From Candidatus Latescibacterota bacterium (GTDB taxonomy: Bacteria > Latescibacterota > CBDEFO01): 64,000 nucleotides of DNA. The stretch spans positions 768,001 through 832,000 of the forward strand of contig OZ252149.1 of assembly GCA_965248755.1 (NCBI GenBank), given 5' to 3'. Under the pieces are notes generated by a model that saw only the letters and a program-made list of their open reading frames with translations, did not search any database and was not told the origin of the DNA. Below are positions 9,023-19,546 of the stretch, piece by piece. Position 1 is the first letter of the stretch. Each line of letters opens with the position of its first letter. The position numbers and the translations under genes are program-made.

Positions 9023-10636
9023 ATGTCCGGAATGATTGTAGCGCCCCAACCTATTGCCGTCGAGGAGGGCGCAAAAGTCCTAATGGAAGGGGGCAACGCC
9101 ATAGATGCTGCCGTGACCTGTGCTTTGGTGCAGTCTGTCGTCAACCCGCAGATGTGCGGCATCGGAGGTTTTCTTACACTCAATCTGTACAACCCCCACA
9201 GCTCTCAACGCCATTCCATCCTTCTGGACGCCCCTGCCCTTGCCGGTTCAAATGCCACACCGACGATGTGGAAAGATATACTTATCCGCCCGAATCCAGG
9301 TGGCTGGGGCTACTTCCTGAAGGGAAAAGTCAACGAGATAGGCTACCGATCAGTCTGCACGCCCGGCGCGGTCAAAGGACTGGCTGAGATACTGGAGCGC
9401 TGGGGCACGATCCAGTGGGAACACGCTATCGCACCAGCGGCGCATATCGCTAAGGAGGGCTTTATGGTAGACAGTCACCTTGCGGCGCGCTGGAAGGAGG
9501 TGGCAAAGTATCCCGAAGGGAGCTCATTGCTGGACGGCATCAAGGCCAATAGAGAGGCAAGCCGCATCTATCTTAAAGACGACGGTAGCTCCTACGAAGC
9601 GGGCGAGATACTCCGCAATCCCGACTATGCAGATACCCTGCTCCAACTTGCCGAGGGCGGCGCGGACGACTTCTACTCTGGCGACCTCGCCCGACGCATG
9701 AGCGATGACCTCGCCAGAAACGGGAGTTACGTAACCGAACAGGATTTCGCTGACTACCAACTGCGCCACGGAGAGCCCATTGTCACAACATATCGCGGCT
9801 TTACTATTACGACTTCCCCACCGCCACACGGCGGATCGACACTGCTTTCCATCCTTAACATCCTGGAAGGCCATGACCTTACTGCGCTGGGGCACAATTC
9901 ACCTGACTATATCTACTTCGTATCGATGGCGATGAAGGCCGCCTTTTCTGATCGCAATTTGCACCTTGCTGACCCGCAGTTTGCTGACGTGCCTTTAGAA
10001 TGGTTGATATCCAAAGAGCGCGCCTTAGAGTGGCGGCAAGATATCGATACGGGAAAACCTATTAGTGTCTCTTTTACACCGCCCGAATCGCCCGACACAA
10101 CTCATGTGAGCGCGGTGGACAAAGACGGAAACTGTGTTGCGCTCACACACTCTCTCGGTTTTTCGTCGGGTGTCATTACGCCGGGGATGGGATTTATGTA
10201 TAACAATTCGATGGCAAATTTTTATCCCCTGCCCGGACACCCAAACTCCATCGCCCCGCGCAAAGGGCGCACAACGGGCTTGACGCCGACCATGGTTTAC
10301 AAAGGCGACAGACCTATAGTTGTCATCGGCGCGCCCGGAGCCACCTACATTATCACTTCGATCGCGCAGGTGATTCTAAACGTGCTCGATTTTGGGATGA
10401 GCATCAGTGATGCAGTGCTGGCACCCCGCTTCGACTGCCAGGGCGACTCTATCAAGTGTCAGGCACGTATTCCCGAAATTGTCTGCGCTGAAGTTCGCAA
10501 AAAGCATCCCATCGAACGCCTGCCCCAAAGTCACGGCGGACTCGCCCTGGTCCACGCCATTACCATAGATCCTGAAACCGGGGTGCTTGAAGGCGGCGCA
10601 GACGCGGGCAGCGGAGGGATGGCGATGGGAGTTTAA
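9023..10636 (+). CDS. ggt: Gamma-glutamyltransferase family Ntn-hydrolase
   Basis: GGNAIDAAV, CGIGG, DTTHVSAVDKDGN (Thr nucleophile); AGGAG RBS. Confidence 0.85.
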   Translation: MSGMIVAPQPIAVEEGAKVLMEGGNAIDAAVTCALVQSVVNPQMCGIGGFLTLNLYNPHSSQRHSILLDAPALAGSNATPTMWKDILIRPNPGGWGYFLKGKVNEIGYRSVCTPGAVKGLAEILERWGTIQWEHAIAPAAHIAKEGFMVDSHLAARWKEVAKYPEGSSLLDGIKANREASRIYLKDDGSSYEAGEILRNPDYADTLLQLAEGGADDFYSGDLARRMSDDLARNGSYVTEQDFADYQLRHGEPIVTTYRGFTITTSPPPHGGSTLLSILNILEGHDLTALGHNSPDYIYFVSMAMKAAFSDRNLHLADPQFADVPLEWLISKERALEWRQDIDTGKPISVSFTPPESPDTTHVSAVDKDGNCVALTHSLGFSSGVITPGMGFMYNNSMANFYPLPGHPNSIAPRKGRTTGLTPTMVYKGDRPIVVIGAPGATYIITSIAQVILNVLDFGMSISDAVLAPRFDCQGDSIKCQARIPEIVCAEVRKKHPIERLPQSHGGLALVHAITIDPETGVLEGGADAGSGGMAMGV

Positions 10637-11090
10637 GCCCACTTCTGCAGCGGAGTATGCAGAACCATGTTCCGATGCTCCTGATACTTATTGCTGCTTC
10701 CAGCGGATCAACAGGAGCAAAAGAGCAAGTTGCGTTAATGCTGCTGGTTAGATATGTGATGTGTCCCCTATCATTAACGGAAATATATACGAAGCAGGGC
10801 GGAAGTAAAACACCTTATCAGTCAGTGTTAAGAAGCGAATGAAGACCGGCATGTGCTGAGAATACCTTGCATACTGCCAGATCGGTCGCTAGGATATTAG
10901 GGCGGCGCGGAGCGGCCTCGTAAATGTTTATTGCTGTCCACTTAAACTGGCACTCGATAACAGGCACTATGCAACGACTCATAAAAGTGGACTTACGGCT
11001 TAGGTCGCTTGGCTCTCTCCGACCCAAGCCCTGCTGGGTTCCTAAGTGCGCTGGCCGCTGTGTGCTGATGCAACTTTGAGGGGAGGTCTG

Positions 11091-11891
11091 ATGTTAACAG
11101 CAGAGCAGATTACGTGTTTCAAAACCTTCGGTTTTCTGGTTCTTCGACAGACATTCTCGCCAGAGGAGATGGAAACGATCACCCATGCGGCTGAAGAAGT
11201 GTGGGAGAGAGAACTGGGGCGTCCGCCAGGAGAGGAAGAGAAAGTAAGGATGTCGCCCTTTGTCGAGAAACATCCCCTGTTGACGCAACTAGTTGAGGAC
11301 AAGCGCATTTACGAGTCCATGGAACAGTTGTTGGGGAAAGATTTTATCTGGGCTGGATCCGAAGGTAACAGGGGCATTCAAACCTCGGGAGATGCACACC
11401 ATTGGCATGCAGACAGACCGGGGGTAGAAGAACTCAACTACATCCGAATCAAGATTATGTTGTATCTGGATCCGATGCAGAAAGAAAAGGGCGCCCTGCG
11501 GGTTATTCCCGGTTCGCATAGGTTGCCGATGCACGAAGACCTCGATCCGTTCCAGCGCAGTCACGCGGAAAGTGAACCGAGGTTCTTTGGGATGGCAGGC
11601 TCTGATGTACCCTGTTACGCTGTGGAGACTGAGCCCGGTGAGATGATGTTGTTCAATCAGTCTTTGTACCATGCTGTGTACGGGAAAAGTGGCCGACGAC
11701 GTTATATCGCCCTGAAATACGCAGCCCGTCCAATCAGAGACGAACACATCGCCTCTTTGAAGCGTTGGTCCCCGAATGTCTTTCACCCGGAAGAGGCGTT
11801 CCAGAACAGCGGTAGGCCTCGCATCCAACGCATGGTTAAGGGCCTGGTAGAGTTGGGGGAGAAATCCGACAGATTGGAAGGAGTAGACTGA
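11091..11891 (+). CDS. PhyH-family Fe(II)/2OG dioxygenase
   Basis: FKTFGFL, WHAD...YHAV, GALRVIPGSH; GGAGG RBS. Confidence 0.85.
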   Translation: MLTAEQITCFKTFGFLVLRQTFSPEEMETITHAAEEVWERELGRPPGEEEKVRMSPFVEKHPLLTQLVEDKRIYESMEQLLGKDFIWAGSEGNRGIQTSGDAHHWHADRPGVEELNYIRIKIMLYLDPMQKEKGALRVIPGSHRLPMHEDLDPFQRSHAESEPRFFGMAGSDVPCYAVETEPGEMMLFNQSLYHAVYGKSGRRRYIALKYAARPIRDEHIASLKRWSPNVFHPEEAFQNSGRPRIQRMVKGLVELGEKSDRLEGVD

Positions 11892-12016
11892 GTCGTTCTG
11901 CGTTTTAGCAACTTCTTCAGTGCCTTGCCCTTCTTCTTGAGATTCTGCAATATGTGTTTCCGCTTCAGCGAACGTCATAGATTTCTCGACTCTTGGTGAA
12001 ACGCTAAGGAGAGTGT

Positions 12017-12805
12017 ATGGAAAGCGTACGAGACAGGCTTTGGATCTGGGCTCACGATGCAGGAAGTCACAATTCTGGATATAACCTTCCGGGGAGTTCG
12101 CGCATAACACCTACAGAAGGGGCATGCTACCTCGGCGTGCAAAATCTCATTATGGTTAGTTATCACGACAGACCTTCACCACCCTTTGACCAGTATGCTG
12201 TGCCTTTCAGGGCACTAAAGCGTATTGTCTGGTCTATTGTCGGGGCCGGTGGAAAGACGCAAGAGGAGGAGAAAACCCACGTCTTTGAATTGGCCACTCG
12301 TTTTCCGAATATCACTGGCGTGATGATGGATGACTTCTTCAAGAGTTCGTCGGATGTTGGAACGGTCGGTGTCTTATCTCTGGATGAACTTCAAACCGTA
12401 AGAAGCCAGTTGACTACGTCAGGGCGCAAGCTGGACCTCTGGGTGGTTCTCTACGACCATCAGCTTGCACTTCCAGTCGAACATCACCTTGAGCTCTGCG
12501 ATAAGGTGAGCTTCTGGACATGGAATGCCCCTAATCTGGAGAATTTGGAACGCAACTTTGACATAGTTGAGAAGTTGGCTCCTAACCGTGCCAAGATTCT
12601 TGGCTGTTACATGTGGGATTACGGTGCCAACTGTCCTATGCCCCTTGATCTGTTGGAGATGCAGTGTGACATTGGATTAAGCTGGCTGAAAGAGGGACGA
12701 ATTGAAGGGATGATATTTCTGGCAAGCTGTATATGTGACCTTGATTTAGAGGCGGTAGAGTGGACCAGAAAGTGGATCGCTGAAGTGGGTGACGAACAAA
12801 TATGA
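12017..12805 (+). CDS. Hypothetical protein, probable TIM barrel
   Basis: 262-aa ORF with AAGGAG RBS; GVMMDDFF motif. Confidence 0.7.
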   Translation: MESVRDRLWIWAHDAGSHNSGYNLPGSSRITPTEGACYLGVQNLIMVSYHDRPSPPFDQYAVPFRALKRIVWSIVGAGGKTQEEEKTHVFELATRFPNITGVMMDDFFKSSSDVGTVGVLSLDELQTVRSQLTTSGRKLDLWVVLYDHQLALPVEHHLELCDKVSFWTWNAPNLENLERNFDIVEKLAPNRAKILGCYMWDYGANCPMPLDLLEMQCDIGLSWLKEGRIEGMIFLASCICDLDLEAVEWTRKWIAEVGDEQI

Positions 12806-13024
12806 AAGGTGGACGCGATGCACAACTTATCTGATCATCCCTTTTGTGCTCTTTTTTGAACTCTTACATGTTTATCTTGCATAATTATAAGATTAGCTAA
12901 GCCATCTGTCCGGTTCCTGGCGTTAGTCAAGTTCCTTGGACTCATAGTGGTTACGATTCCATTTGGGTTTACTGATTTGTGCCGCCAGATTGTCAGCAGA
13001 ATCTAAAACGCCTGCTTCAAATAG

Positions 13025-13056
13025 AAACCCCATGAGATATTGAACTCGTGGGGTTT
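13025..13056 (-). terminator. Hairpin downstream of tRNA-Pro, probable terminator
   Basis: AAACCCCATGAG / CTCGTGGGGTTT inverted repeat. Confidence 0.6.
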
Positions 13057-13061
13057 AAGAA

Positions 13062-13139
13062 TGGTCGGGGTGGGCGGATTTGAACCGCCGACCTCCTGCT
13101 CCCGAAGCAGGCACGCTAACCGGACTGCGCTACACCCCG
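13062..13139 (-). tRNA. tRNA-Pro (anticodon CGG) with encoded CCA
   Basis: Reverse complement reads CGGGGTGTAGCGCAG...CCTGC-TTCGGGA-GCAGG...GGTTCAAATCC...CACCCCGACCA. Confidence 0.97.
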
Positions 13140-13287
13140 ACGTTTTATATCCTAAGATAAAAAAATCTTGTTGCATATTCAAGGACTTTTTCGTATTTTG
13201 AGGAATCTTTTAAAATCTGAAGGCTGTAAAGTTTCTTGAACATAGCGGTAAATAGCAGACGATATATAAGATAAAGGAGACTGCATC

Positions 13288-14652
13288 CTGGATGATTCAG
13301 AGGCAAAGGTAAATGAAAGTGCTGTAGTAGGTGACGCCGCCAGATCTAAAGTGCCCCTTTCCCGGAGGCTCGGTTTCTGGAACAATTGCTTTGTCCTGTG
13401 GGGATTTGTTCTGGTCCTATCCAGCTTCCTTGTGGGAGGGATGGTGGGAAAGGTCTTTCCCCTGAAGATGTCCATGCCGATCATATTCTTCGGCACACTC
13501 AGCAACGCCATCGTGGGCATCCTCGTAGGGGCTGCAGCATCCAGGACCGGATATTCCAGTGCTCTTTTATTCCGATACACCTACGGCAGAAAAGGAGTTA
13601 TACTCCCCAATGTCCTTATGGGGCTGACCAACATGGGCTGGTTTGCCGTCATCCTCAACATCACGAGGGACGGCTTTGTGCAAGAGGCCGGAGCAGAGGT
13701 CGGCTCGGCCCTGTGGCTCATCTGCACGATCGTAATCGGAACTCTTTTCATCCTCCCTGCTGCTATGCGCATCCGCTGGATAGCGTACATTAACTGGTTT
13801 GCAGTCCCCGGTTTTCTGGTTATATTTGTAGTGGTGCTCGCAATCACGATTAAAACCGCGGGGAGCTTCCCCTCGCTGTGGGACAAATGGTACGATCCGG
13901 CCAAGCCCGTCTTTATAGGTTTTGACATGGCCGCAGGGGGCTGGATCGTAGGCGCTACGATCATAGCAGATCTCGCCAGGTTCTGGAAGAACGCCAAACA
14001 GGCCGTTGTGGGCATAATGACCGCTTACGTGGGACTCGTGACCGTGCAGTACTGGGGCGGAGCCATCGGTGCTGCGCATACGGGGGAATATAACATATTC
14101 CTCATAGCGAGTTCACTGGGGCTGGGATTCTTGGCATGGCTGGCACTGTGGTTAGGGGCGCAATCCACTATGCAGGGCGGTACATACGCAGCAGGTCTGG
14201 CCTTCTCCGCACCGCCCATACCTATGATCAAAGGGCAGGAGTTTACAAGGAGGATCGCCACCATCGGCGTGGGAGCGGTGGGCTTCATCGGCAGCTTTGT
14301 AGGCCTGGACAAATACTTCATGTGGTGGGTTCAGTTCCTCGCCTGGGTGGTCGGTCCGATAGCTATAACTGTCATCCTCGACTACTGGGCGTTCCCACAA
14401 AACAGAGAGAGGTACGAACGAGCAGATGGGGCGGATATGAACTTGAACCCTGCTGCGTTCCTTGCGTGGATTGTCGGATTCTGTGTGGGATTCTACATAG
14501 GCGCAAACGAGATATTCAGCGGTCTTTTGAGTTCTATGGTAGCAGCGGGACTTGTGTACTACGTCTGGATGCGCTACGCCCTTGCCAAAGGCACCACACC
14601 TGAGGCACAGGTGTTCAGAACCAATCCTCGACCCCCGATCTATCCACAATAG
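13288..14652 (+). CDS. NCS1/cytosine permease family transporter (CTG start proposed; first GTG at 13351)
   Basis: About 12 hydrophobic segments; RYTYGRKG, GWFAV, ADLARF, DYW; AAGGAG at 13274-13279. Confidence 0.8.
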   Translation: MDDSEAKVNESAVVGDAARSKVPLSRRLGFWNNCFVLWGFVLVLSSFLVGGMVGKVFPLKMSMPIIFFGTLSNAIVGILVGAAASRTGYSSALLFRYTYGRKGVILPNVLMGLTNMGWFAVILNITRDGFVQEAGAEVGSALWLICTIVIGTLFILPAAMRIRWIAYINWFAVPGFLVIFVVVLAITIKTAGSFPSLWDKWYDPAKPVFIGFDMAAGGWIVGATIIADLARFWKNAKQAVVGIMTAYVGLVTVQYWGGAIGAAHTGEYNIFLIASSLGLGFLAWLALWLGAQSTMQGGTYAAGLAFSAPPIPMIKGQEFTRRIATIGVGAVGFIGSFVGLDKYFMWWVQFLAWVVGPIAITVILDYWAFPQNRERYERADGADMNLNPAAFLAWIVGFCVGFYIGANEIFSGLLSSMVAAGLVYYVWMRYALAKGTTPEAQVFRTNPRPPIYPQ

Positions 14653-14695
14653 ATTCAATCGGGAGGGTTCAATCGGGGATGAAAAGGAGATAAAG

Positions 14696-14839
14696 GTGAC
14701 TCCCTTAGCCTGGCTGGTGATAGCCCTTGAGGTTCTTTTAGCAATCTGGGTGGTCCGACTCATCTGGCGAACTGAGAAGGAAAGACCCACAGAGGAGATA
14801 GTTCCCGAAACCGATGAAGATGTCCAACTTGTAGAGTAG
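14696..14839 (+). CDS. Small single-TM protein (47 aa) with acidic tail
   Basis: AAGGAG then GTG; LAWLVIALEVLLAIWVV. Confidence 0.55.
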   Translation: MTPLAWLVIALEVLLAIWVVRLIWRTEKERPTEEIVPETDEDVQLVE

Positions 14840-14845
14840 GGTATC

Positions 14846-15853
14846 TTATATGCGAACCTCTACCCCCGATTCGACAGATTCCATCTCCTTCAGGCACAGG
14901 TAGAGAGAATCCCTCGCCGACTTTCCAGATAGAATCTCCGGATCCTTATTGTTCAGGACACAATCCACAGCATATCGTATCTCCGCGATAAAGCCGTCTT
15001 CGGTGGGGGTTTCAGGTGTGCACTCCTTCCCGTCGGCTGTGAAGAGAGTCAGGGGCTGACCGGAGGAATTGAACCTCAACGTAGCATCTTCCAAATAGAC
15101 GTCGTAACCGTGCTCGAACATGACGCCCGGCATGGCTATCCATCCGCACTGAGACGTAATCGTAACGTTCTGATCGTTATAGATGTAATTCGTAACCAGA
15201 TACTCTACGCTATCTTCCCTGGTCATCAGGCCCGCAGACGATACCGAATCGGGCATTCCCAAGAGGTACCGCACAAAGTCCGAATCGTGTATGTGGAGAT
15301 CGATCCCCGCGCCTCCTGCCCTCGATTCGGTGTCTTGTATCCAATCGGGCCTGGATATAATCCTCTTGAAGTGCGCCCCCAAGAGCTTTCCGTACCCTTT
15401 GCTATCTACAATCTTCTTTGCAAGCGCAAACTCAGGAAAGAACCTCAACACCTGCGCCACCATGAACTTATTCCCCGACTTTCGGGCAGCCTCCACCATA
15501 CTGTCGGCGGCGTCCAGATTGACGGTGATCGGCTTCTCCAAAAGCACGTGTTTTCCACCTCCCAGAGCGCCAATCGTTGCGTCACAGTGCAGGTCGGTCG
15601 GCAGACAGATGTCTATCAGATCCACGTCGGAATCGTTGATAATGTCGTCCACTTTCGAGTATCTATTTATCCCGGACAGATCCTGCACGCCGCCGCTATC
15701 TCCAAAATTTCCCTTGACGTCTCCCCAATCGCCTGAAAGCTTATTAGGATTACGAGTGCAGATCGCCGACACTTGGGCATTCTGGATTTCCTGTATCGCC
15801 TTGTAGTGCGTAACCCCCATAAAGCCTATGCCGATGATTCCTATATTAAGCAT
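14846..15853 (-). CDS. Gfo/Idh/MocA oxidoreductase
   Basis: GIIGIGFMG, HVLLEKP, DLHIHD. Confidence 0.9.
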   Translation of the reverse strand: MLNIGIIGIGFMGVTHYKAIQEIQNAQVSAICTRNPNKLSGDWGDVKGNFGDSGGVQDLSGINRYSKVDDIINDSDVDLIDICLPTDLHCDATIGALGGGKHVLLEKPITVNLDAADSMVEAARKSGNKFMVAQVLRFFPEFALAKKIVDSKGYGKLLGAHFKRIISRPDWIQDTESRAGGAGIDLHIHDSDFVRYLLGMPDSVSSAGLMTREDSVEYLVTNYIYNDQNVTITSQCGWIAMPGVMFEHGYDVYLEDATLRFNSSGQPLTLFTADGKECTPETPTEDGFIAEIRYAVDCVLNNKDPEILSGKSARDSLYLCLKEMESVESGVEVRI

Positions 15854-16366
15854 CCTTCCATCCCCATAACTTTGAAATAGTGTGATCTTGCTCCTGTCGG
15901 GCTGTTTGAGAATATGATACTCAATAATTGTCTATTGTCAAGCAAAATACCTTGACACGGAGAGAGCGCTATTAGGTTTTCTGGGGAAGCATCAGAAGGC
16001 CACTGAGAACTGAAATGACTCTGACACACAGATGATAATCCTTGCACTTTGATGCAGACTCGGCTATCTTTTTTACTGCTTGTTTGAAGTCCGACATAAA
16101 ACAGCGGGTGAGTTTCCTCCCAACCTGGAGCATTGGGCGGCTAAAGATGCAGATTGTCTCAGAAGAATCTGGGCTGATTTGGAGTGATGCATATCTGCAA
16201 CAGTGTGGATATGCTGTCTTGCTGTTCTATAGATTATTATGTAAACATCTAAGGCTAGTGCACAATTCTCCGAACTGTCTCGACAAGCTTATACAAGCCC
16301 TTGCAGCGATTTGATTATTGCAGTCGGCATTAAGTTCCTGTATCAGCTAATAAAGACGCTAGTAGC

Positions 16367-17440
16367 ATGAGAAGACGTCCAAGTCATCGAATAGTAGCAG
16401 TATCCCTCGTCTGTGCAGCGCTCTTGCACATACTCGCGTTCTGGTTAATTGACCTATTTATTCCCCCTGAGGTCCAGCAGCAGTTCTTCCGTGCGCGCTT
16501 AGTTGTAAGACCCAAGCTGAAACCCAAGCGCTTTGAACCTCGTCGGGCTATATCCATCCCCCGTCAGATATTGGAACGGATGCGCGAAGAAGTTGTCCCT
16601 CTTTATCCAAAAGCAGAAAGTTTGGAGATGAAGCTTGAAGCTCTTCCGATATCGGAACAACCTCTGGCAGAGGAATTCTTGCCATTGAGTTGGGAAAAGG
16701 GGAAGGGCAGGTGGGAAACCCAACTGGACACGGTGGATATAGATCTGGATATTGCGACGCATGAGGCGGAACTGCCCGAGATGAATGCTGTGCAGTTGGA
16801 TGCGGAGCGCCGCCGATATAACGTAGTCCTGATCGACCGGGAGACAGGAAAACTGAAAGAAGCCTATTTGCATCTTCCGGCCTATAGGGGCTATACAGCT
16901 AATAGACTTGAAAAGTTGTTGAGGGCATTGAAATATGGCGAAAGTTTGTCTGGGAAAATGCCCCTAATTTATGAAGTACATGTTTACAAATCTTATCCCC
17001 GTAGACATATACTTCACTATTCAGAGATGAAGGAGTATTCGGTCTTACTTCTGGAGTACATCGACGTGGAATCTACGGAGGCTATGGTTCGTTACCTGAT
17101 GGATGGCGGGTTTGCTGTGGTGAACCGTGGACAGATTCATGTGCTTCGAAGAGAGATCCAGAGAAACGTGGGAGATCGTCTTCAAGCAATTAAGATAGGG
17201 TTGGAACATCCACTCTTTCACACTTACTATGATATAACTGAATACACCTCTTCTAGTGATGGGCAATGTCCTCCATTGGAACCGGTGGACGGTCTCGAGT
17301 TTGACGGACGTCTAATAGCGGTAGTGGGAGTGCCATTCACCTTAGGCAGACTTTGTAGGATCAACGCGCTTTACGTTAATATACTGGTCTACGGCTTGAT
17401 CCAGCCCAGCAAGATGGGGGGACGCTATGTAGTTAGGTGA
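16367..17440 (+). CDS. Membrane-anchored protein with DUF4159-like C-terminal domain
   Basis: N-terminal TM with SxxxH (SLVCAALLH); HPLFHTYYDI, GLEFDGRL and NILVYGL. Confidence 0.55.
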   Translation: MRRRPSHRIVAVSLVCAALLHILAFWLIDLFIPPEVQQQFFRARLVVRPKLKPKRFEPRRAISIPRQILERMREEVVPLYPKAESLEMKLEALPISEQPLAEEFLPLSWEKGKGRWETQLDTVDIDLDIATHEAELPEMNAVQLDAERRRYNVVLIDRETGKLKEAYLHLPAYRGYTANRLEKLLRALKYGESLSGKMPLIYEVHVYKSYPRRHILHYSEMKEYSVLLLEYIDVESTEAMVRYLMDGGFAVVNRGQIHVLRREIQRNVGDRLQAIKIGLEHPLFHTYYDITEYTSSSDGQCPPLEPVDGLEFDGRLIAVVGVPFTLGRLCRINALYVNILVYGLIQPSKMGGRYVVR

Positions 17441-17490
17441 AGAAGGCTTTGAGCCTTATGTGCGTTTGAGACAGACACAGCTCACTTGGA

Positions 17491-17594
17491 TGAACTAATC
17501 AGATTAACATAAGAATTCGGGAGACAATGTGACGACCACAATCCTTCTGATTCGGCACGGAGAAACCGCTTGGAATCAAGGGAAAATACTCCGC
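17491..17594 (+). repeat. 104-bp direct repeat copy 1 (upstream region and 5' end of the histidine phosphatase gene)
   Basis: Matches 20180-20283 with 5 mismatches. Confidence 0.95.
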
Positions 17595-18180
17595 TTAAAT
17601 CTATGAGAGGTCTCAAAAAATATTCTCACAAAGACAGAGAAAAAGTTATCGAAGAAATGATCCCTTTAGCTAAGAAGAAATTCGGTAAAGACTTACTTGC
17701 TCTTGCCGCTCAGGCGTCTTATGCCAGAAATGAAGACTTCGATTATTCGGACTTGGAGCTGATTGCCTTTGTTCGGGAAATGCCGAAAAATAAAAAGATG
17801 GGCGGCATGGGTAAAATTAGAGATGGTCTATTGGTTGAGCTTATCTGGACAACGAAAGAAACATATTTAGAAGAAATCCGCGAGGTGACAGGAGATTGGT
17901 ATATCACTGGTTCCGATACTTTACTACCGTTAATCAATAAAAGATTCATTGAAGATCTGAATAAATATAAAGTTAAGAACCTGAAGGAAAAATGTTTAAA
18001 CCATGCCGACCAAGGTTGGTATGAAGTTCAAGAATCAACGGCTAAAGTCCTAAATGCAATTACAAAGAGAAACAAAGTCGGTATTTCCCTTATAACTTTT
18101 GACATGTTTTTGCACATGCTGAGGGTATTATCCCATACCGCTCCCCTTGACAGAGCGACAAATATTTCGCAAATTGGGGT

Positions 18181-18510
18181 TTGAGAAGGGAGGTCAAGGT
18201 GTCGAGCCCCGAAGTGAAAGATGGTAAGCGCTGGACGGCGACCCGTAAGGGAGAGATTGTGTTGGCTCTTTTGAGAGGAGCAGATCTATCTGAGGTGTGT
18301 CGTAAGAATGGAATTAGCCAGTCGCAGGCGTATGCTTGGCGTGATAGTTTCTTAGAAGGGGGCCAGGAGAGTCTGAAGTCTCGGCGTGGTCGCAAGGATC
18401 CGAAGGAGCGAGAGGTTAGCCGGTTGGAGCGCAAGGTAGGGCAGTTGACGCTCCAGTTGGAGATACTCGAAGAGGTAGCCCGTCTAAAAAAAACGAAGCG
18501 GTTGCCTTGA
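18181..18510 (+). CDS. IS3 transposase OrfA (HTH)
   Basis: WTATRKGEIV..CRKNGISQSQAYAW; A8 slippery run at 18486-18493; start may be GTG 18199. Confidence 0.85.
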   Translation: MRREVKVSSPEVKDGKRWTATRKGEIVLALLRGADLSEVCRKNGISQSQAYAWRDSFLEGGQESLKSRRGRKDPKEREVSRLERKVGQLTLQLEILEEVARLKKTKRLP

Positions 18511-19370
18511 GTGGGCGGTTTTTGGGTCGAGGCTATTCCCGCAAGGTGGTAGCTTTGGCTTTGGGTTTGCATCGTTCGACTCTGTATAGGTTTAGGGATA
18601 GAGGTGTCAGTTCTTCTGTTAAAGAGCCTGTGATAGATGAGGAGCTTGCTTTTCGTATTCGAGGGATACTGGACCAAGAAGAGGCATTTGGTCACAGGCG
18701 GGTTTGGGCGCATCTTCGTTTCAAGGAAGGGGAATGTGTCAACGTTAAGAAGGTTCATAGGATAATGAAGCTTAAGGGGTGGCAGTGTAAGCTGTGGAAT
18801 CGTCCCGGGAGAAAGGGGCCACAGGTTGCCCAGAAGCGTTCTGTGGTGGATAGTCCCGACAGTTTGTGGTCGAGTGACTTGACAAAGATTTACTGTGGAA
18901 AAGATGGTTGGTGTCCTCTTATTGCGGTGGTGGACAACGGAAGCCGGGAGGTTCCTGGGTATCGTTTTAGTCGAAAAGGGAGGGCACTGGAGGCCACAGA
19001 TGCCCTGGATCGGGCCGTGATCTCTCGATACACTTCCAAGGAGGCTGTCCCCCAGGGTCTCACTTTGCGCTCTGACAATGGTTCCATCTTTTTGGCTCGG
19101 GCCTATTTGGCCAGTACCGAATATTGGGGAATTCGTCAGGAATACATACCAAGTGGTAAACCCGATTGGAACGGTGTTGTAGAGCGTTTTTTCAGGACCC
19201 TCAAGCAAGAGTGTGTTTGGCTTCACAAGTTTGAATCCTTTGAACAGGCTGAGAAGATCATATCTCAGTGGATCGATAATTACAACAAGAACAGGCTTCA
19301 TTCATCCCTGGGATATAAGACCCCAAAAGAGTGGAGAAAACAATTTTATCTACTACCCCAGGTTGCTTAA
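18507..19370 (+). CDS. IS3 transposase OrfB (DDE integrase core)
   Basis: FGHRRV, WSSDLT, RSDNGS, VERFFRTLKQE, HSSLGYKTP. Confidence 0.92.
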   Translation: MSGRFLGRGYSRKVVALALGLHRSTLYRFRDRGVSSSVKEPVIDEELAFRIRGILDQEEAFGHRRVWAHLRFKEGECVNVKKVHRIMKLKGWQCKLWNRPGRKGPQVAQKRSVVDSPDSLWSSDLTKIYCGKDGWCPLIAVVDNGSREVPGYRFSRKGRALEATDALDRAVISRYTSKEAVPQGLTLRSDNGSIFLARAYLASTEYWGIRQEYIPSGKPDWNGVVERFFRTLKQECVWLHKFESFEQAEKIISQWIDNYNKNRLHSSLGYKTPKEWRKQFYLLPQVA

Positions 19371-19546
19371 TTGGTGTCGCTTTCCTGGGAAGCAGTACAA
19401 AGAAGGCTATTTATAATCGAAGATAGGTGCGATAATCGAAGATGGGTGGTTGCCATATCATACCGTTCCCCTTCACAGAACGACAGATATTCTGTAAATC
19501 GGGGTTCGCGAAGGGCAAGATGTCAGCGCCAGAGCAGAAGACGGCT

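Noticed and set aside
10657..11027. Short ORFs between ggt and the second PhyH gene
   Set aside because: No motifs; cannot distinguish from chance ORFs.
14862..14875. CCCCGATTCGA as another copy of the 21-nt palindrome
   Set aside because: No right arm; explained by ordinary codons of the Gfo/Idh/MocA gene.
16042..16314. 90-aa ORF
   Set aside because: TTG start with no RBS and no recognisable features.
18090..19301. 403-aa minus-strand ORF
   Set aside because: Antisense to the IS3 transposase with no recognisable motifs.
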